Shown here: positions 49,059 through 59,198 of the stretch, piece by piece
Numbering within the stretch: position 1 is the stretch's first letter
How the letters are laid out: the number at the start of each line of letters is the position of its first letter
Source: an uncultured Chloroflexia bacterium
GTDB lineage: Bacteria; Chloroflexota; Limnocylindria; Limnocylindrales; CSP1-4
DNA length: 64,000 bases
Assembly (NCBI GenBank): GCA_963748625.1
Contig: CAVVJT010000004.1
Location: forward strand, 576,001-640,000
Reading direction: 5' to 3'
Notes under the pieces: model-generated
Told to the model about the DNA's origin: nothing
Seen by the model: the letters and a program-made list of their open reading frames with translations, nothing else
Databases searched by the model: none
Program-made: the position numbers and the translations under genes

Positions 49059-50618
49059 TCAGACCGGGAACAGGCCGTGCTTCTTGGGCGGGTTCTGCTG
49101 GACCTTCGTACGCAGCAGCTCCAGCGAGCGGATCAGGCGCTGGCGTGTCTCGCGCGGCTCGATGACCTCGTCGATCTGGCCCGAGTCCGCGGCCCGGTAC
49201 GGATTGAAGAAGGCCTCGCGGTACTCGTCGACGAACCCTTGCTCGGCGGCCGCGGGATCCTCGGCGGCGGCGATGTCGCGCCGGTACAGGATCCTGACCG
49301 CGGCGTCGGCGCCCATGACCGCGATCTGCGCGCCCGGCCAGGCGAAGGCGATGTCCGTGCGCATCTGGCGCGACGACATGGCGACGTAGGCGCCGCCCAT
49401 CGCCTTGCGGGTCACGATGGAGATCTTGGGGACCGTTGCCTCGCAGTAGGCGTAGATGATCTTCGCGCCGTGGCGGATGACCCCGCGGTACTCCTGGTCG
49501 ATGCCGGGCAGGAAGCCCGGGCAGTCCACGAACGTGACCACCGGGATGTTGTAGACGTCGCAGATCCGGATGAAGCGGCTGATCTTGTCCGACGCGTCGA
49601 TGTCGAGCACGCCCGCCATCACCATCGGCTGGTTGGCGACGATGCCGACCGAATAGCCGTCGAGGCGCCCGAAGCCCACCACCGCGTTGGCAGCGAAGGC
49701 TGGGTGGATCTCGAGGAAGCTGTCCCGGTCGAGCACGCGGTCGAGGATCTCGCGCACGTCGTAGGCCTCGGCCTCGTCCTGGGGGATGAGGCTGTTGAGC
49801 TCGTCGTCCATGCGGTCGGCCGGGTCGTAGGGGCTGACCTGGGGCGGATCCTCATTGTTGTTCTGGGGCAGGTAGCCGAGCAGCTGCTTGGCCAGCTCCA
49901 GGGCCTGGCGCTCCGTGTCGGCCACCAGGTGGGCCACGCCGCTGCGGGCATCGTGCACATCGGGGCCGCCCAGCTCCTCCACGGTGACCTTCTCACCGGT
50001 GACGGCGGCGACGACGTCGGGCCCGGTGAGGAACATGGAGCTCGTGCCGCGGGCCATGACCACGAAGTCCGTCAGGGCGGGTGAGTAGACCGCGCCCCCG
50101 GCGCACGGCCCCAGGATCAGGCTGATCTGGGGGATCACCCCCGAGGCGAGGACGTTGCGCACGAACACCTCGCCGTAGGCGGCGAGGCTGAACACGCCCT
50201 CCTGGATGCGCGCTCCACCCGAGTCGTTGAGCCCGATCAGGGGCACACCGGACTCCATCGCGAGGTCGCTGATCCGGCTGATCTTGTTCGCCTGGACCCG
50301 GGACATCGACCCGCCGAGGACCGTGAAGTCCTGCGCGAAGGCGGCGACCCGACGGCCGTTGATCTTGCCGAACCCGGCGACGATGCCATCCCCCGGGAAC
50401 CGCTGCCGATCCAGTCCGAAGGCGGTCTCGTCGTGGGTGGCGAGGGCGCCCAGCTCCTGGAACGACCCGTCGTCGAGGAGCAGCTGGAGGCGCTCCCTGG
50501 CGGTCAGCTTGCCGCGCGCGTGCTGGGCCGCGATGCGCTCGGGGCCTCCACCTTCGACGGCCCGCGCGCGCATGGCCCTGAGGGTGTCGAGATGCTCAGT
50601 CACTCCTGCAGGGTGCAT
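49059..50618 (-). CDS. Acyl-CoA carboxyltransferase (MmdA/PccB-like)
   Basis: QHARGKLTARER, QDFTVLGGS, DSGGARIQEG, GPCAGGAVYSPA, KKHGLFP. Confidence 0.93.
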   Translation of the reverse strand: MHPAGVTEHLDTLRAMRARAVEGGGPERIAAQHARGKLTARERLQLLLDDGSFQELGALATHDETAFGLDRQRFPGDGIVAGFGKINGRRVAAFAQDFTVLGGSMSRVQANKISRISDLAMESGVPLIGLNDSGGARIQEGVFSLAAYGEVFVRNVLASGVIPQISLILGPCAGGAVYSPALTDFVVMARGTSSMFLTGPDVVAAVTGEKVTVEELGGPDVHDARSGVAHLVADTERQALELAKQLLGYLPQNNNEDPPQVSPYDPADRMDDELNSLIPQDEAEAYDVREILDRVLDRDSFLEIHPAFAANAVVGFGRLDGYSVGIVANQPMVMAGVLDIDASDKISRFIRICDVYNIPVVTFVDCPGFLPGIDQEYRGVIRHGAKIIYAYCEATVPKISIVTRKAMGGAYVAMSSRQMRTDIAFAWPGAQIAVMGADAAVRILYRRDIAAAEDPAAAEQGFVDEYREAFFNPYRAADSGQIDEVIEPRETRQRLIRSLELLRTKVQQNPPKKHGLFPV

Positions 50619-50734
50619 GGCCGAGGCATCGCCACCAACGGCCGATCGGCCCGGCTCTTGGCGCAGATGGGCGTGTCGGCCCGGGCTGGGCAGCGCCCGC
50701 AGGGGGTCCGAACCGCCCCCGGTCGCGCGGGGCC

Positions 50735-50751
50735 GTTAACCATGCGTTATC
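50735..50751 (+). promoter_or_regulatory. Putative PHO box upstream of pit
   Basis: GTTAAC 50735 and GTTATC 50746 (11-nt spacing). Confidence 0.45.
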
Positions 50752-50850
50752 GCCGGTATGCTCTCGGCATCGCGGTCCCTGTGCGACGGCCCGTTCCCGC
50801 CGCCTGCGCATCCCCTCGGCCCAACCAAGCACTCGAGGCGCTCCGGCATC

Positions 50851-51855
50851 GTGGAAGGCATCACGCTCACGCTTATCGTCGTCGTCGCACTCGCAGTCTT
50901 CTTCGACTACGTCAACGGCTTCCACGACACGGCCAACGCGATCGCCACGTCGGTCGCCACCAAGGCGCTGCGTCCGCAGTACGCCATCCTGATGGCTGCC
51001 GCGTTCAACTTCATCGGCGCCTTCGCCGGCACGGCGGTCGCGAAGACCATTGGCTCCGGCCTCGTCAACGACGCCAGCACCACGCAGGCGATCGTGGCCG
51101 CCGCGCTGATCGGGGCGATCATCTGGAACCTCATCACCTGGCGCCTTGGTCTGCCGAGCTCCAGCAGCCACGCGCTGATCGGCGGCCTGCTCGGCGCGAC
51201 GATCGTCGGGGCGGGCTTCGACCAGCTCAACCTGCCGGGCATCTGGAGCAAGGTCATCGTCCCGCTGGTCACGTCGCCCATCATCGGCTTCACGATCGCG
51301 TTCGCACTGGTGATCCTGTTGTTCTGGACCTTCCGGCGTGTCCGGCGCCGACCGCTGGCGACCGGCTTCCGCAAGGCACAGGTGCTCTCGGCCGGCTTCA
51401 TGGCGTTCGCCCACGGCTCCAACGACGCCCAGAAGACGATGGGCATCATCACCCTGGCGCTGGTCGCCGCAGGCGTCCTCCCCAACGCCGACACCATCCC
51501 GTGGGAGGTCATCCTCATCTCCGCGACCGCGCTCAGCCTGGGTACAGCCGTCGGCGGCTGGCGGATCATGAAGACGATGGGGCACAAGGTCGTGGAGCTC
51601 GAGCCCATCCACGGGTTCGCCGCCGAGACGACGGCGGCCACCGTCATCTACACCGCCGCCCACTTCGGCATGCCGGTCTCGACAACGCACGTCATCTCCA
51701 GTGCGATCATGGGCGTCGGCTCGAGCAAGGGCGTGAAGGGCGTGCGCTGGGGCGTCGCCCGCAGCATCCTCGGGGCCTGGGTTCTGACGATCCCGGCGGC
51801 GATGTTCTTCGGGGCGGGCGCCTGGTACATCCTCAACGCCCTCGGCATCAAGTGA
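50851..51855 (+). CDS. pit: Inorganic phosphate transporter, PiT family
   Basis: NGFHDTANAIAT, PSSSSHALIGG, HGSNDAQK, PVSTTH, AWVLTIP. Confidence 0.95.
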   Translation: MEGITLTLIVVVALAVFFDYVNGFHDTANAIATSVATKALRPQYAILMAAAFNFIGAFAGTAVAKTIGSGLVNDASTTQAIVAAALIGAIIWNLITWRLGLPSSSSHALIGGLLGATIVGAGFDQLNLPGIWSKVIVPLVTSPIIGFTIAFALVILLFWTFRRVRRRPLATGFRKAQVLSAGFMAFAHGSNDAQKTMGIITLALVAAGVLPNADTIPWEVILISATALSLGTAVGGWRIMKTMGHKVVELEPIHGFAAETTAATVIYTAAHFGMPVSTTHVISSAIMGVGSSKGVKGVRWGVARSILGAWVLTIPAAMFFGAGAWYILNALGIK

Positions 51856-51922
51856 CGCACTCCCGCGGCCACGGGCTGCGCCAGACCTCCACGTTCTGCA
51901 GGAACCAGCGAAGGGGACCACG

Positions 51923-52537
51923 ATGGTGCGACTGATGCCCAAGGACGAGAAGTTCCAGGAGCTCTTCGTCGACTACGCCAAGACCACGCTTGACGCAGCA
52001 CGCAAGCTCGAGGCCATGATCGTCACGTACGACCGGCTCGACGAGCGCGTCGCCGAGATCCGGGCGCTCGAGCACCACGGCGACGAGATCGACACCGAAG
52101 TCGAGATCCGCCTCGATCGCTCGTTCATCACCCCGTTCGACCGCGAGGACATCCACGAGCTGGTCTCGCGGATGGACGACGTGCTCGACCGGATCCAGGA
52201 GGTCGCCGAGACGTTCGTGATCTACGACGTCAAGGAGCCGACCGACGACGCGCGCCGCATGGCAGGCATCCTGTCCGCCCAGGCGGGCCAGCTGGACGAG
52301 GCCATCGGGAAGCTGGAGGGGCTCAAGGGCCTCGAGCCCAATCTCAAGGCCATCCACGACCTCGAGAACGAGGCGGATGGCCTGTCGCGCGCGGCCGTGG
52401 CACGGCTGTTCCGGGGAGGCCACGAGGCGATCGAGGTCATCAAGTGGCGTGACATCTACACCGCCATGGAGAACATGATCGACGCGGCCGAGGACGCGGC
52501 CGAGGTCATGGAGCGCATCGTCGCCAAGAACGCCTGA
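51923..52537 (+). CDS. DUF47 family PiT accessory protein (PhoU-like)
   Basis: LEHHGD, SFITPFDREDI, LENEAD, KWRDIY. Confidence 0.9.
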   Translation: MVRLMPKDEKFQELFVDYAKTTLDAARKLEAMIVTYDRLDERVAEIRALEHHGDEIDTEVEIRLDRSFITPFDREDIHELVSRMDDVLDRIQEVAETFVIYDVKEPTDDARRMAGILSAQAGQLDEAIGKLEGLKGLEPNLKAIHDLENEADGLSRAAVARLFRGGHEAIEVIKWRDIYTAMENMIDAAEDAAEVMERIVAKNA

Positions 52538-52600
52538 CGCCCGAACCAGGGTGACCGCTCTCGCGCGGTCGCCCGCGTCACAAACCGCCCCCGCCGTCCC

Positions 52601-53311
<711 letters not shown>

Positions 53312-53336
53312 GTGCCCGGGATCGTCAAGGGGCGCG

Positions 53337-53375
53337 GTTAACGACTCGTTCACGCCGTGTTCACGTCCTGTTCGC
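53337..53375 (+). promoter_or_regulatory. PHO-box array (4 x 11-nt GTTCAC-type direct repeats) upstream of the response regulator
   Basis: GTTAAC 53337, GTTCAC 53348, GTTCAC 53359, GTTCGC 53370. Confidence 0.75.
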
Positions 53376-53389
53376 CGTGTCCGAGCGCA

Positions 53390-54883
53390 TCAGACCGACG
53401 CCAGGCCCGCGATCGCCGTGTCGAGTCGCTCCAGGGTTCGGTCCCGCCCCAGCGCCACCAGGGTGTCGAAGAGGGGTGGCGTCGCAGTCTGGCCGGTGGT
53501 CGCCACCCGGATGGCCATGAACAGGTCACCGGCCTTCCAGCCGCGCTCCTCGACGAGGGCGCGCAGCGGCGGCTCCAGCTCGTCGGCCTCCCAGGTGACC
53601 TGGTCGTGGGCCACGAGGAGGGCGCGGGCGGCGGTCAGCGCGTCGCGCGTGGTGGCGCCATCCCAGCGCTTGGGGATGAGTGCGGCGGGGTCGACGGCGA
53701 GGTCGTCCTTCCACAGGAAGCCGACAACGTCGGGGAGCGCGGCGAGGGTGGGGATGCGCTCGCGGACCAGCGGCAGGATCGCGCGGAGCTCGCCCTCGGC
53801 GGGCTGGCGGTCGATCTGGCCGGCCACGAACGCGGCCTCGGTGAACGGCGTGAGGCGCTCGACGAGGTCCTGGTCGTCCAGGCGGCGGATCCACTGGCCG
53901 TTGAGCCACTCGAGGCGCTCGCGGTCGAAGCGGGCGCCGCCCTTCTGGACCTTGTCGAGCTCGAAGCGCTCAACGATCTGGTCGAGCGTGAGGACGTCCT
54001 CCTCGGTGCCGGGCGACCAGCCCAGGAAGCTGAAGTAGTTGACGAGCGCCTCGCGCAGGAAGCCCTGGGCGACGTAGTCCGCCACCGCGGTCTGGCTCTT
54101 GCGCTTGCTCATCTTGGTCCCGTCCGGGTTGAGGATGAGCGGCAGGTGGCCGAAGACGGGCAGCGGATAGCCCAGCGCCTCGAACAGCAGGATGTGCTTG
54201 GGCGTGTTGCTGACGTGGTCCTCGCCGCGGATGACGTGGCTGATGCGCATCGCCATGTCGTCCACCACCACGGTGAAGTGGTAGAGCGGGTTGCCGTCGC
54301 CGCGGACGATGGCGAAGTCGCCACCCAGGTTGGCGGTGTCGATCTCGACGCGGTCGCGGACCATGTCATTCCAGCCCACCACGCCGGGCCGCACGCGGAA
54401 GCGGATGGCGCCCCGTCGGCCTTCCTCCTCGCGGGTCTGGCGCTCCGCCGGGGTCAGGTTCGCGCACCGGCCGACGTAGGCGACGGAGGCCTTCGCCTGC
54501 TCCTGGGCCTTGCGGTCCGCATCGAGCTCCTCCGGCGTGCAGTAGCAGCGGTAGGCCTTGTCCTCCTCGAGGAGTTGCGCGGCGGCCTTCGCGTACTCGT
54601 CGAGGCGGGCCATCTGGCGGTAGGGCGCGTACGGGCCGGACTCCTCCTCACCGCGGACACCCGGGCCCTCGTCCCAGGTGATGCCCAGCCAGTGGAGCCC
54701 CTCGAGGATGTCCTTCTCGAAGGCGGCCGTGCTGCGGGCGACGTCGGTGTCCTCGAGGCGGAGGATGAACGTGCCGCCCGTGTGACGGGCGAACAGGTAG
54801 TTGAACAACGCCGTGCGGGCGGTGCCGATGTGCAGAGGGCCGGTGGGGCTGGGCGCGATGCGCACGCGGATGTCGGAGGGCAT
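53390..54883 (-). CDS. gltX: Glutamate--tRNA ligase
   Basis: RVRIAPSPTG, HIGT, LRLEDTD, IRGEDH, KMSKR. Confidence 0.96.
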   Translation of the reverse strand: MPSDIRVRIAPSPTGPLHIGTARTALFNYLFARHTGGTFILRLEDTDVARSTAAFEKDILEGLHWLGITWDEGPGVRGEEESGPYAPYRQMARLDEYAKAAAQLLEEDKAYRCYCTPEELDADRKAQEQAKASVAYVGRCANLTPAERQTREEEGRRGAIRFRVRPGVVGWNDMVRDRVEIDTANLGGDFAIVRGDGNPLYHFTVVVDDMAMRISHVIRGEDHVSNTPKHILLFEALGYPLPVFGHLPLILNPDGTKMSKRKSQTAVADYVAQGFLREALVNYFSFLGWSPGTEEDVLTLDQIVERFELDKVQKGGARFDRERLEWLNGQWIRRLDDQDLVERLTPFTEAAFVAGQIDRQPAEGELRAILPLVRERIPTLAALPDVVGFLWKDDLAVDPAALIPKRWDGATTRDALTAARALLVAHDQVTWEADELEPPLRALVEERGWKAGDLFMAIRVATTGQTATPPLFDTLVALGRDRTLERLDTAIAGLASV

Positions 54884-54927
54884 GGTGCGATTGTAGTTGG
54901 CGGCGGCGGCGGGTCCGCGCGCGATGA

Positions 54928-55659
54928 CTACACCCCGAGCGGGGCTGGCACCTTGTGGAACAGCGACGGGTCGGCCTCGCCCGGGAGGACGCGGATCAGC
55001 GATGCCGGACGCAGGCCCAAGGTCGCCCGGCCCCGCGGCCCGTCGAGGGTCAGCGAGTCCAGCGACTCGCTCCGCGCCAGCACGGTGAGGTGGGCGCCCG
55101 GCGTGAGCGCGCGCGCCTCGAGGTAGGAGAGCAGGCCGGCGTCCTCCTCGGCCTCCTCGGTGATCCGCAGGACCGTGGCCTTGGTCCCCGACTCCAGCTC
55201 CGAGAGCGGCGTCCCACCGGGCCGGCTGCGGGCGGTCTCCTGATCGATGGGGTTGCCGTGCGGACACGTGGCCGGGTGGCCGAGCAGCTCGTCGAGCTTG
55301 GCCTCGACCCGCGGCGACAGCGCGCCCTGCAGGCGGGCGGCCTCCACGTCGCTCTCGGCCCAGGACAGGCCGACCACGGAGGTCAGGAGCCACTCGAGCA
55401 GCGCATGGCGTTTGAAGATGGCATCGGCCACGGCAAGCCCCGCATCGGTCATCACCAGGCCGCGGCCCGTGGATGGCTCGAGCAGCCCGTCCGCGGCAAG
55501 GCGGCGGCACATCTCGGAGGCCGCCTGCGCCGACACGCCGACGTGGCGCGCGACCTGGGCGGAGGTCGCGGTCCGGCCGTCGCTGGCGATCACGCGCAGG
55601 GCGAGCAGGTACTCCTGCGCGGCCGCGGAGACATCAGCGGGATCACTGCGTCGTTGCAT
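54928..55659 (-). CDS. DtxR/IdeR/MntR family metal-dependent regulator with FeoA domain
   Basis: QEYL, HTH, RHALLE, CPHGNPI, C-terminal FeoA-like segment. Confidence 0.9.
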   Translation of the reverse strand: MQRRSDPADVSAAAQEYLLALRVIASDGRTATSAQVARHVGVSAQAASEMCRRLAADGLLEPSTGRGLVMTDAGLAVADAIFKRHALLEWLLTSVVGLSWAESDVEAARLQGALSPRVEAKLDELLGHPATCPHGNPIDQETARSRPGGTPLSELESGTKATVLRITEEAEEDAGLLSYLEARALTPGAHLTVLARSESLDSLTLDGPRGRATLGLRPASLIRVLPGEADPSLFHKVPAPLGV

Positions 55660-55668
55660 ACCCCCAGT

Positions 55669-56880
55669 CTAGGCGTCGGGCGCACTCGTCTCACGGCGTC
55701 CGTACAACCTGGCGGCGCCGATGACGAGCGCGAAGCAGTAGAGCACCACGCCCAGCGTGCCGCCGGCGCGGGCCAACGAGCCCGGGATGTCGCCGTTCGC
55801 GGTCGCCGCAACCACGCCCGAGAGCAACGAGGCACTGCCGGCCACGAGCACCGCGAAGGCGCCCAGGGCGGTCATGACCGGGATGGCGGCCAGGACGAGC
55901 GCTGCCACCGGCCACGCCAGGAGCGCGAGGGCGGGCACGAGCGGCGGGCAACCGCCCGCGGAGCAGCCTGCAAGCCCTCCGAAGATCGCGCCTGCGACGA
56001 GCGGCACCGGGGCGGCGGCGAGGGCCGCGAGCCACATGCGACCCCATGGATCACGCTCCGCTCGGGCGAGGAGGCGTTCAGGGAGGAATGCGCCGAGGAA
56101 GCCATCGTGGCCGGCCGATGCCACGGCCGCGCCGCCCGTTGGGGCGCCAGGTCCGTGGGGGGTCGAAGCGCCCGACCCCGAAGTCGTGTCAGGGCCCGGT
56201 CCGTCAGCGGCCTGCGTGTCGGCTGCGTCTGCTGGGTGCGTGCCCGGCGGGCGGGCGGGCGCCCGGAACCCGGCGGCACGCCATGCCCGTCGGCGGTACT
56301 CGGGGCCGTGCTTGCGCGGATCGGCGTACTCGCGCGGGTTGAGCGTCCAGTAGGTGCCCGACGAGGCGCCGTACCACGTGCCGCCCTCCCAGGCCGGGTC
56401 GAGCGGGGTCTCGCCGGCCTCGTCGTACGTGGTGGAGCCGGGGGTCGCCGTGCGCCGGTGGCGGCGATGGCGGTGCTCGGCCGGCCCCTCCCGGCGCTCC
56501 TGCCCCTGGCTGCCGGACCCGGCGCCGGCTGACGGGTCCGTCCGGCCCGGAGGCGGGTCCCCCGAGCCTGGGGCGCCAGGCCGCGCCCGCGCCCGCCACG
56601 CGTCGCGCGAGGCGCGAGCACGAGCGGCATCCGCACGCCACGGCTCCGGCGCCTGGCGGGGTCCTGCAGAACCAGTGGGGCCTTTGCGGCGCAGGTTCCC
56701 GTTCGCGTCCACCAGGACCTCGTACGCCGCCTGGATCGCCAGAAAGCGGGCCAGCGTTCGATCGCCCGCGGCGTCGGGGTGGTAGCGCTTGGCGAGGCGC
56801 CGGTACGCCGAGCGGATCTCGTTCACCGAGGCGCCGGGCGCGAGGCCGAGGGTCCGGTACGGATCCCCTCCTGTCGTCAT
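55669..56880 (-). CDS. J-domain protein with C-terminal membrane segments
   Basis: [28 protein letters not shown]; hydrophobic C-terminus. Confidence 0.8.
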   Translation of the reverse strand: MTTGGDPYRTLGLAPGASVNEIRSAYRRLAKRYHPDAAGDRTLARFLAIQAAYEVLVDANGNLRRKGPTGSAGPRQAPEPWRADAARARASRDAWRARARPGAPGSGDPPPGRTDPSAGAGSGSQGQERREGPAEHRHRRHRRTATPGSTTYDEAGETPLDPAWEGGTWYGASSGTYWTLNPREYADPRKHGPEYRRRAWRAAGFRAPARPPGTHPADAADTQAADGPGPDTTSGSGASTPHGPGAPTGGAAVASAGHDGFLGAFLPERLLARAERDPWGRMWLAALAAAPVPLVAGAIFGGLAGCSAGGCPPLVPALALLAWPVAALVLAAIPVMTALGAFAVLVAGSASLLSGVVAATANGDIPGSLARAGGTLGVVLYCFALVIGAARLYGRRETSAPDA

Positions 56881-56916
56881 CGAGCGCCTCCGTGTGGCCG
56901 GGGCGCCCGCCCCGGA

Positions 56917-58035
56917 TCAGCCGATGAGCTCGCCCACCGGGGCAAGCTCGAAGCCCGCGACCGCCTCGGCCACGACGCTCCCGCGCGGGTCGAAGCTGGG
57001 CGGGCGGTGGTACCGCGCCAGCATCCGCAGGGCCTGGCCCTCCAGGATGCCCACCTGGGCGAGCGCCTCGACGGACGCCGCCCAGCCTGCACGCTCGTAT
57101 CCTCCCCCATCTTCGATCTTCACGGCCAGACCGGATGCCCGCGACCCCGCACCGCGGGCGCCGGGCAGGATGCCGATCGCCTGGAGCGCCTCGGCGCCAC
57201 CCTTCGCAACCAGCTGCCCGGGGGCCGCCTTCATGAGCGAGGTGTCGAGCCGGTCCCGCGTCCCGGCCACCATCTCGGGATGCGCCACCATCGCGTCGCG
57301 GATGACGCGGACGTGGCGGGAGACCGGGGCCCGCGGGTCCGTGGACGCCACGGCTTCTGGGTCCGCGAGGAACGCGTAGGACCGGGCGATCTCGCGCAGC
57401 GGGAACGCGAACGCGAACACCCCGCAGGCATCGATCGAGGTCACCAGGGCACCGGGCTCCACGGCGAAGCAGTCGGCCACTGCCTCCACGTAGGCCACGT
57501 GCGCCGGGTGCTCCTCCTGCCAGTATGTCTCGTACTCCCAGCCACCCAGCTTCGCGAGCAGCAGGAACGACGTGTGCTGGCCGGAACACATCTGGCGCAG
57601 CGCGCCCGCCCGCTCTCCGTCGCGGGCAAGACGGGCGGCGGTGAGAGCGTCGAGCGGCGCACCCTCGGTCCCACAGGCGAGGGCGGCCTGGGGGATGCCG
57701 GCCCGCCGGTACAACGCCATCAACGTCCGGACGTGGAGGTCCTCGCCGGAGTGGCTCGACGCCATCAGCGCCAGCTCCTCACCGGTGAGGTCGAACTCCT
57801 TCTGGCCACCGGCACGGAGCAGCGCCACCAGGCCGAAGGGCTTCACCGCGGAACGAAGGCTCACGACCCGCTCGGACTCGCCGGCCACGTGAAGGACGCG
57901 CCCGGAGACATCGGCTTCCACCACGTCACCGCGGTGGACGGACTCGACCAGGCCGTTGCGGATCTGCCGCACCAGGACCGGCGGGACGGTCCATTTCGCC
58001 GCTTGTCCCGCTCGGGACGAAGCCCTCGTAGCCAT
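56917..58035 (-). CDS. L-asparaginase II (Rhizobium etli-type) family
   Basis: [45 protein letters not shown]. Confidence 0.85.
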   Translation of the reverse strand: MATRASSRAGQAAKWTVPPVLVRQIRNGLVESVHRGDVVEADVSGRVLHVAGESERVVSLRSAVKPFGLVALLRAGGQKEFDLTGEELALMASSHSGEDLHVRTLMALYRRAGIPQAALACGTEGAPLDALTAARLARDGERAGALRQMCSGQHTSFLLLAKLGGWEYETYWQEEHPAHVAYVEAVADCFAVEPGALVTSIDACGVFAFAFPLREIARSYAFLADPEAVASTDPRAPVSRHVRVIRDAMVAHPEMVAGTRDRLDTSLMKAAPGQLVAKGGAEALQAIGILPGARGAGSRASGLAVKIEDGGGYERAGWAASVEALAQVGILEGQALRMLARYHRPPSFDPRGSVVAEAVAGFELAPVGELIG

Positions 58036-58067
58036 GGCGCGAGGATAGCGCGCGCCCCGGCCGGGAT

Positions 58068-58111
58068 TCCGGCGATGTCTCCGGCGTCCGGCGATGTCTC
58101 CGGCGTCCGGC
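58068..58111. repeat. 19-nt tandem duplication in the divergent asparaginase-upp intergenic region
   Basis: tccggcgatgtctccggcg x2 + tccggc. Confidence 0.7.
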
Positions 58112-58203
58112 CCTCACCCGATGGCCTCAGGCGCGCTAGGATTCCCTCCCGACCGAGACGCGCGCGCACCGCCCGCCCCATGATCGAGATCGCGAGGGAC
58201 CCC

Positions 58204-58848
58204 GTGACCAGCTGGCCGAACCTCCACGTGTCGCAGCACCCGGCGGTCCGCCACAAGCTGGGCATCCTGCGTGACGAGACCACCGAGCCCAAGAAGTTCC
58301 GCGAGGTCGTCCGCGAGCTGTCCTGGCTCCTGGGCTACGAGGCCCTTGCGGATGCCCACACGCGGCCCATCGACGTCCCGACGCCCATCGAGGTCATGCG
58401 GGGTGAGGAGCTGGCGGACCGCATCGGCTTCATCCCGATCCTGCGCGCCGGCCTGGGCATGGTTGACGCGTTCCTGGAGCTGATGCCCACCGCGGAGGTC
58501 TGGCACCTGGGTCTCTTCCGGGACGAGAAGACCCTGCGCCCGGTGGAGTACTACAACAAGCTCCCGAACACCAGCGCCATCGACCTGTGCCTGATCCTGG
58601 ACCCGATGCTCGCCACCGGCGGCTCGGCCACCGCGGCCATCGAGGTCCTCAAGCGCTGGGGTGCCGTCCGCATCAAGCTCGTGAACCTGATCGCGGCTCC
58701 CGAGGGCGTGGACGCCGTGCTCAAGGCGCACCCGGACGTGGAGATCTACACGGCCGCCCTGGACCGCCAGCTCAACGAGAAGGGCTACATCATGCCCGGC
58801 CTGGGCGACGCGGGCGACCGCCAGTTCGGAACGGGCGGCGCAGGCTGA
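58204..58848 (+). CDS. upp: Uracil phosphoribosyltransferase
   Basis: [40 protein letters not shown]; alternative start 58180. Confidence 0.96.
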   Translation: MTSWPNLHVSQHPAVRHKLGILRDETTEPKKFREVVRELSWLLGYEALADAHTRPIDVPTPIEVMRGEELADRIGFIPILRAGLGMVDAFLELMPTAEVWHLGLFRDEKTLRPVEYYNKLPNTSAIDLCLILDPMLATGGSATAAIEVLKRWGAVRIKLVNLIAAPEGVDAVLKAHPDVEIYTAALDRQLNEKGYIMPGLGDAGDRQFGTGGAG

Positions 58849-58867
58849 CCGAGGCGGACCCGATCTC

Positions 58868-59122
58868 GTGTTCCAGGTTCAAGGAGCACCGGCCGTCGGT
58901 GTGCCGTGTAACGGTGGTGCGAGGCTGACGCCTGGTGTTGCGGGCGTGCCCGACCTGCCGTGGCATCTCGTGCTGCGACGGTCTGCCGATGGAACCGTGG
59001 TGTTGGACGAGGAGGTCACCGAGCTGCCGCGCTGGTTCGTGCAGATCGGTGACGAGGTCATCGGCGGGACGCTCAACCGCTTGCCCGTTGAGGGTCCCGC
59101 TTGGCCGGCCTGCTTCGGCTGA
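58868..59122 (+). CDS. Small hypothetical protein, possibly a 5'-truncated remnant
   Basis: 84-aa ORF with two Cys and protein-like composition; no RBS. Confidence 0.35.
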   Translation: MFQVQGAPAVGVPCNGGARLTPGVAGVPDLPWHLVLRRSADGTVVLDEEVTELPRWFVQIGDEVIGGTLNRLPVEGPAWPACFG

Positions 59123-59198
59123 GGCACCTGCGCTTGCTCTCTGCGTGGCTTCCGGCGGCGCGCTTGCGCGGCTGCTCGACATGGCGCACCTTGACACC

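Noticed and set aside
56779-58203. Long N-terminal extension of upp (689-aa ORF)
   Set aside because: Antisense to the asparaginase; Upp homology starts near 58204 after an RBS
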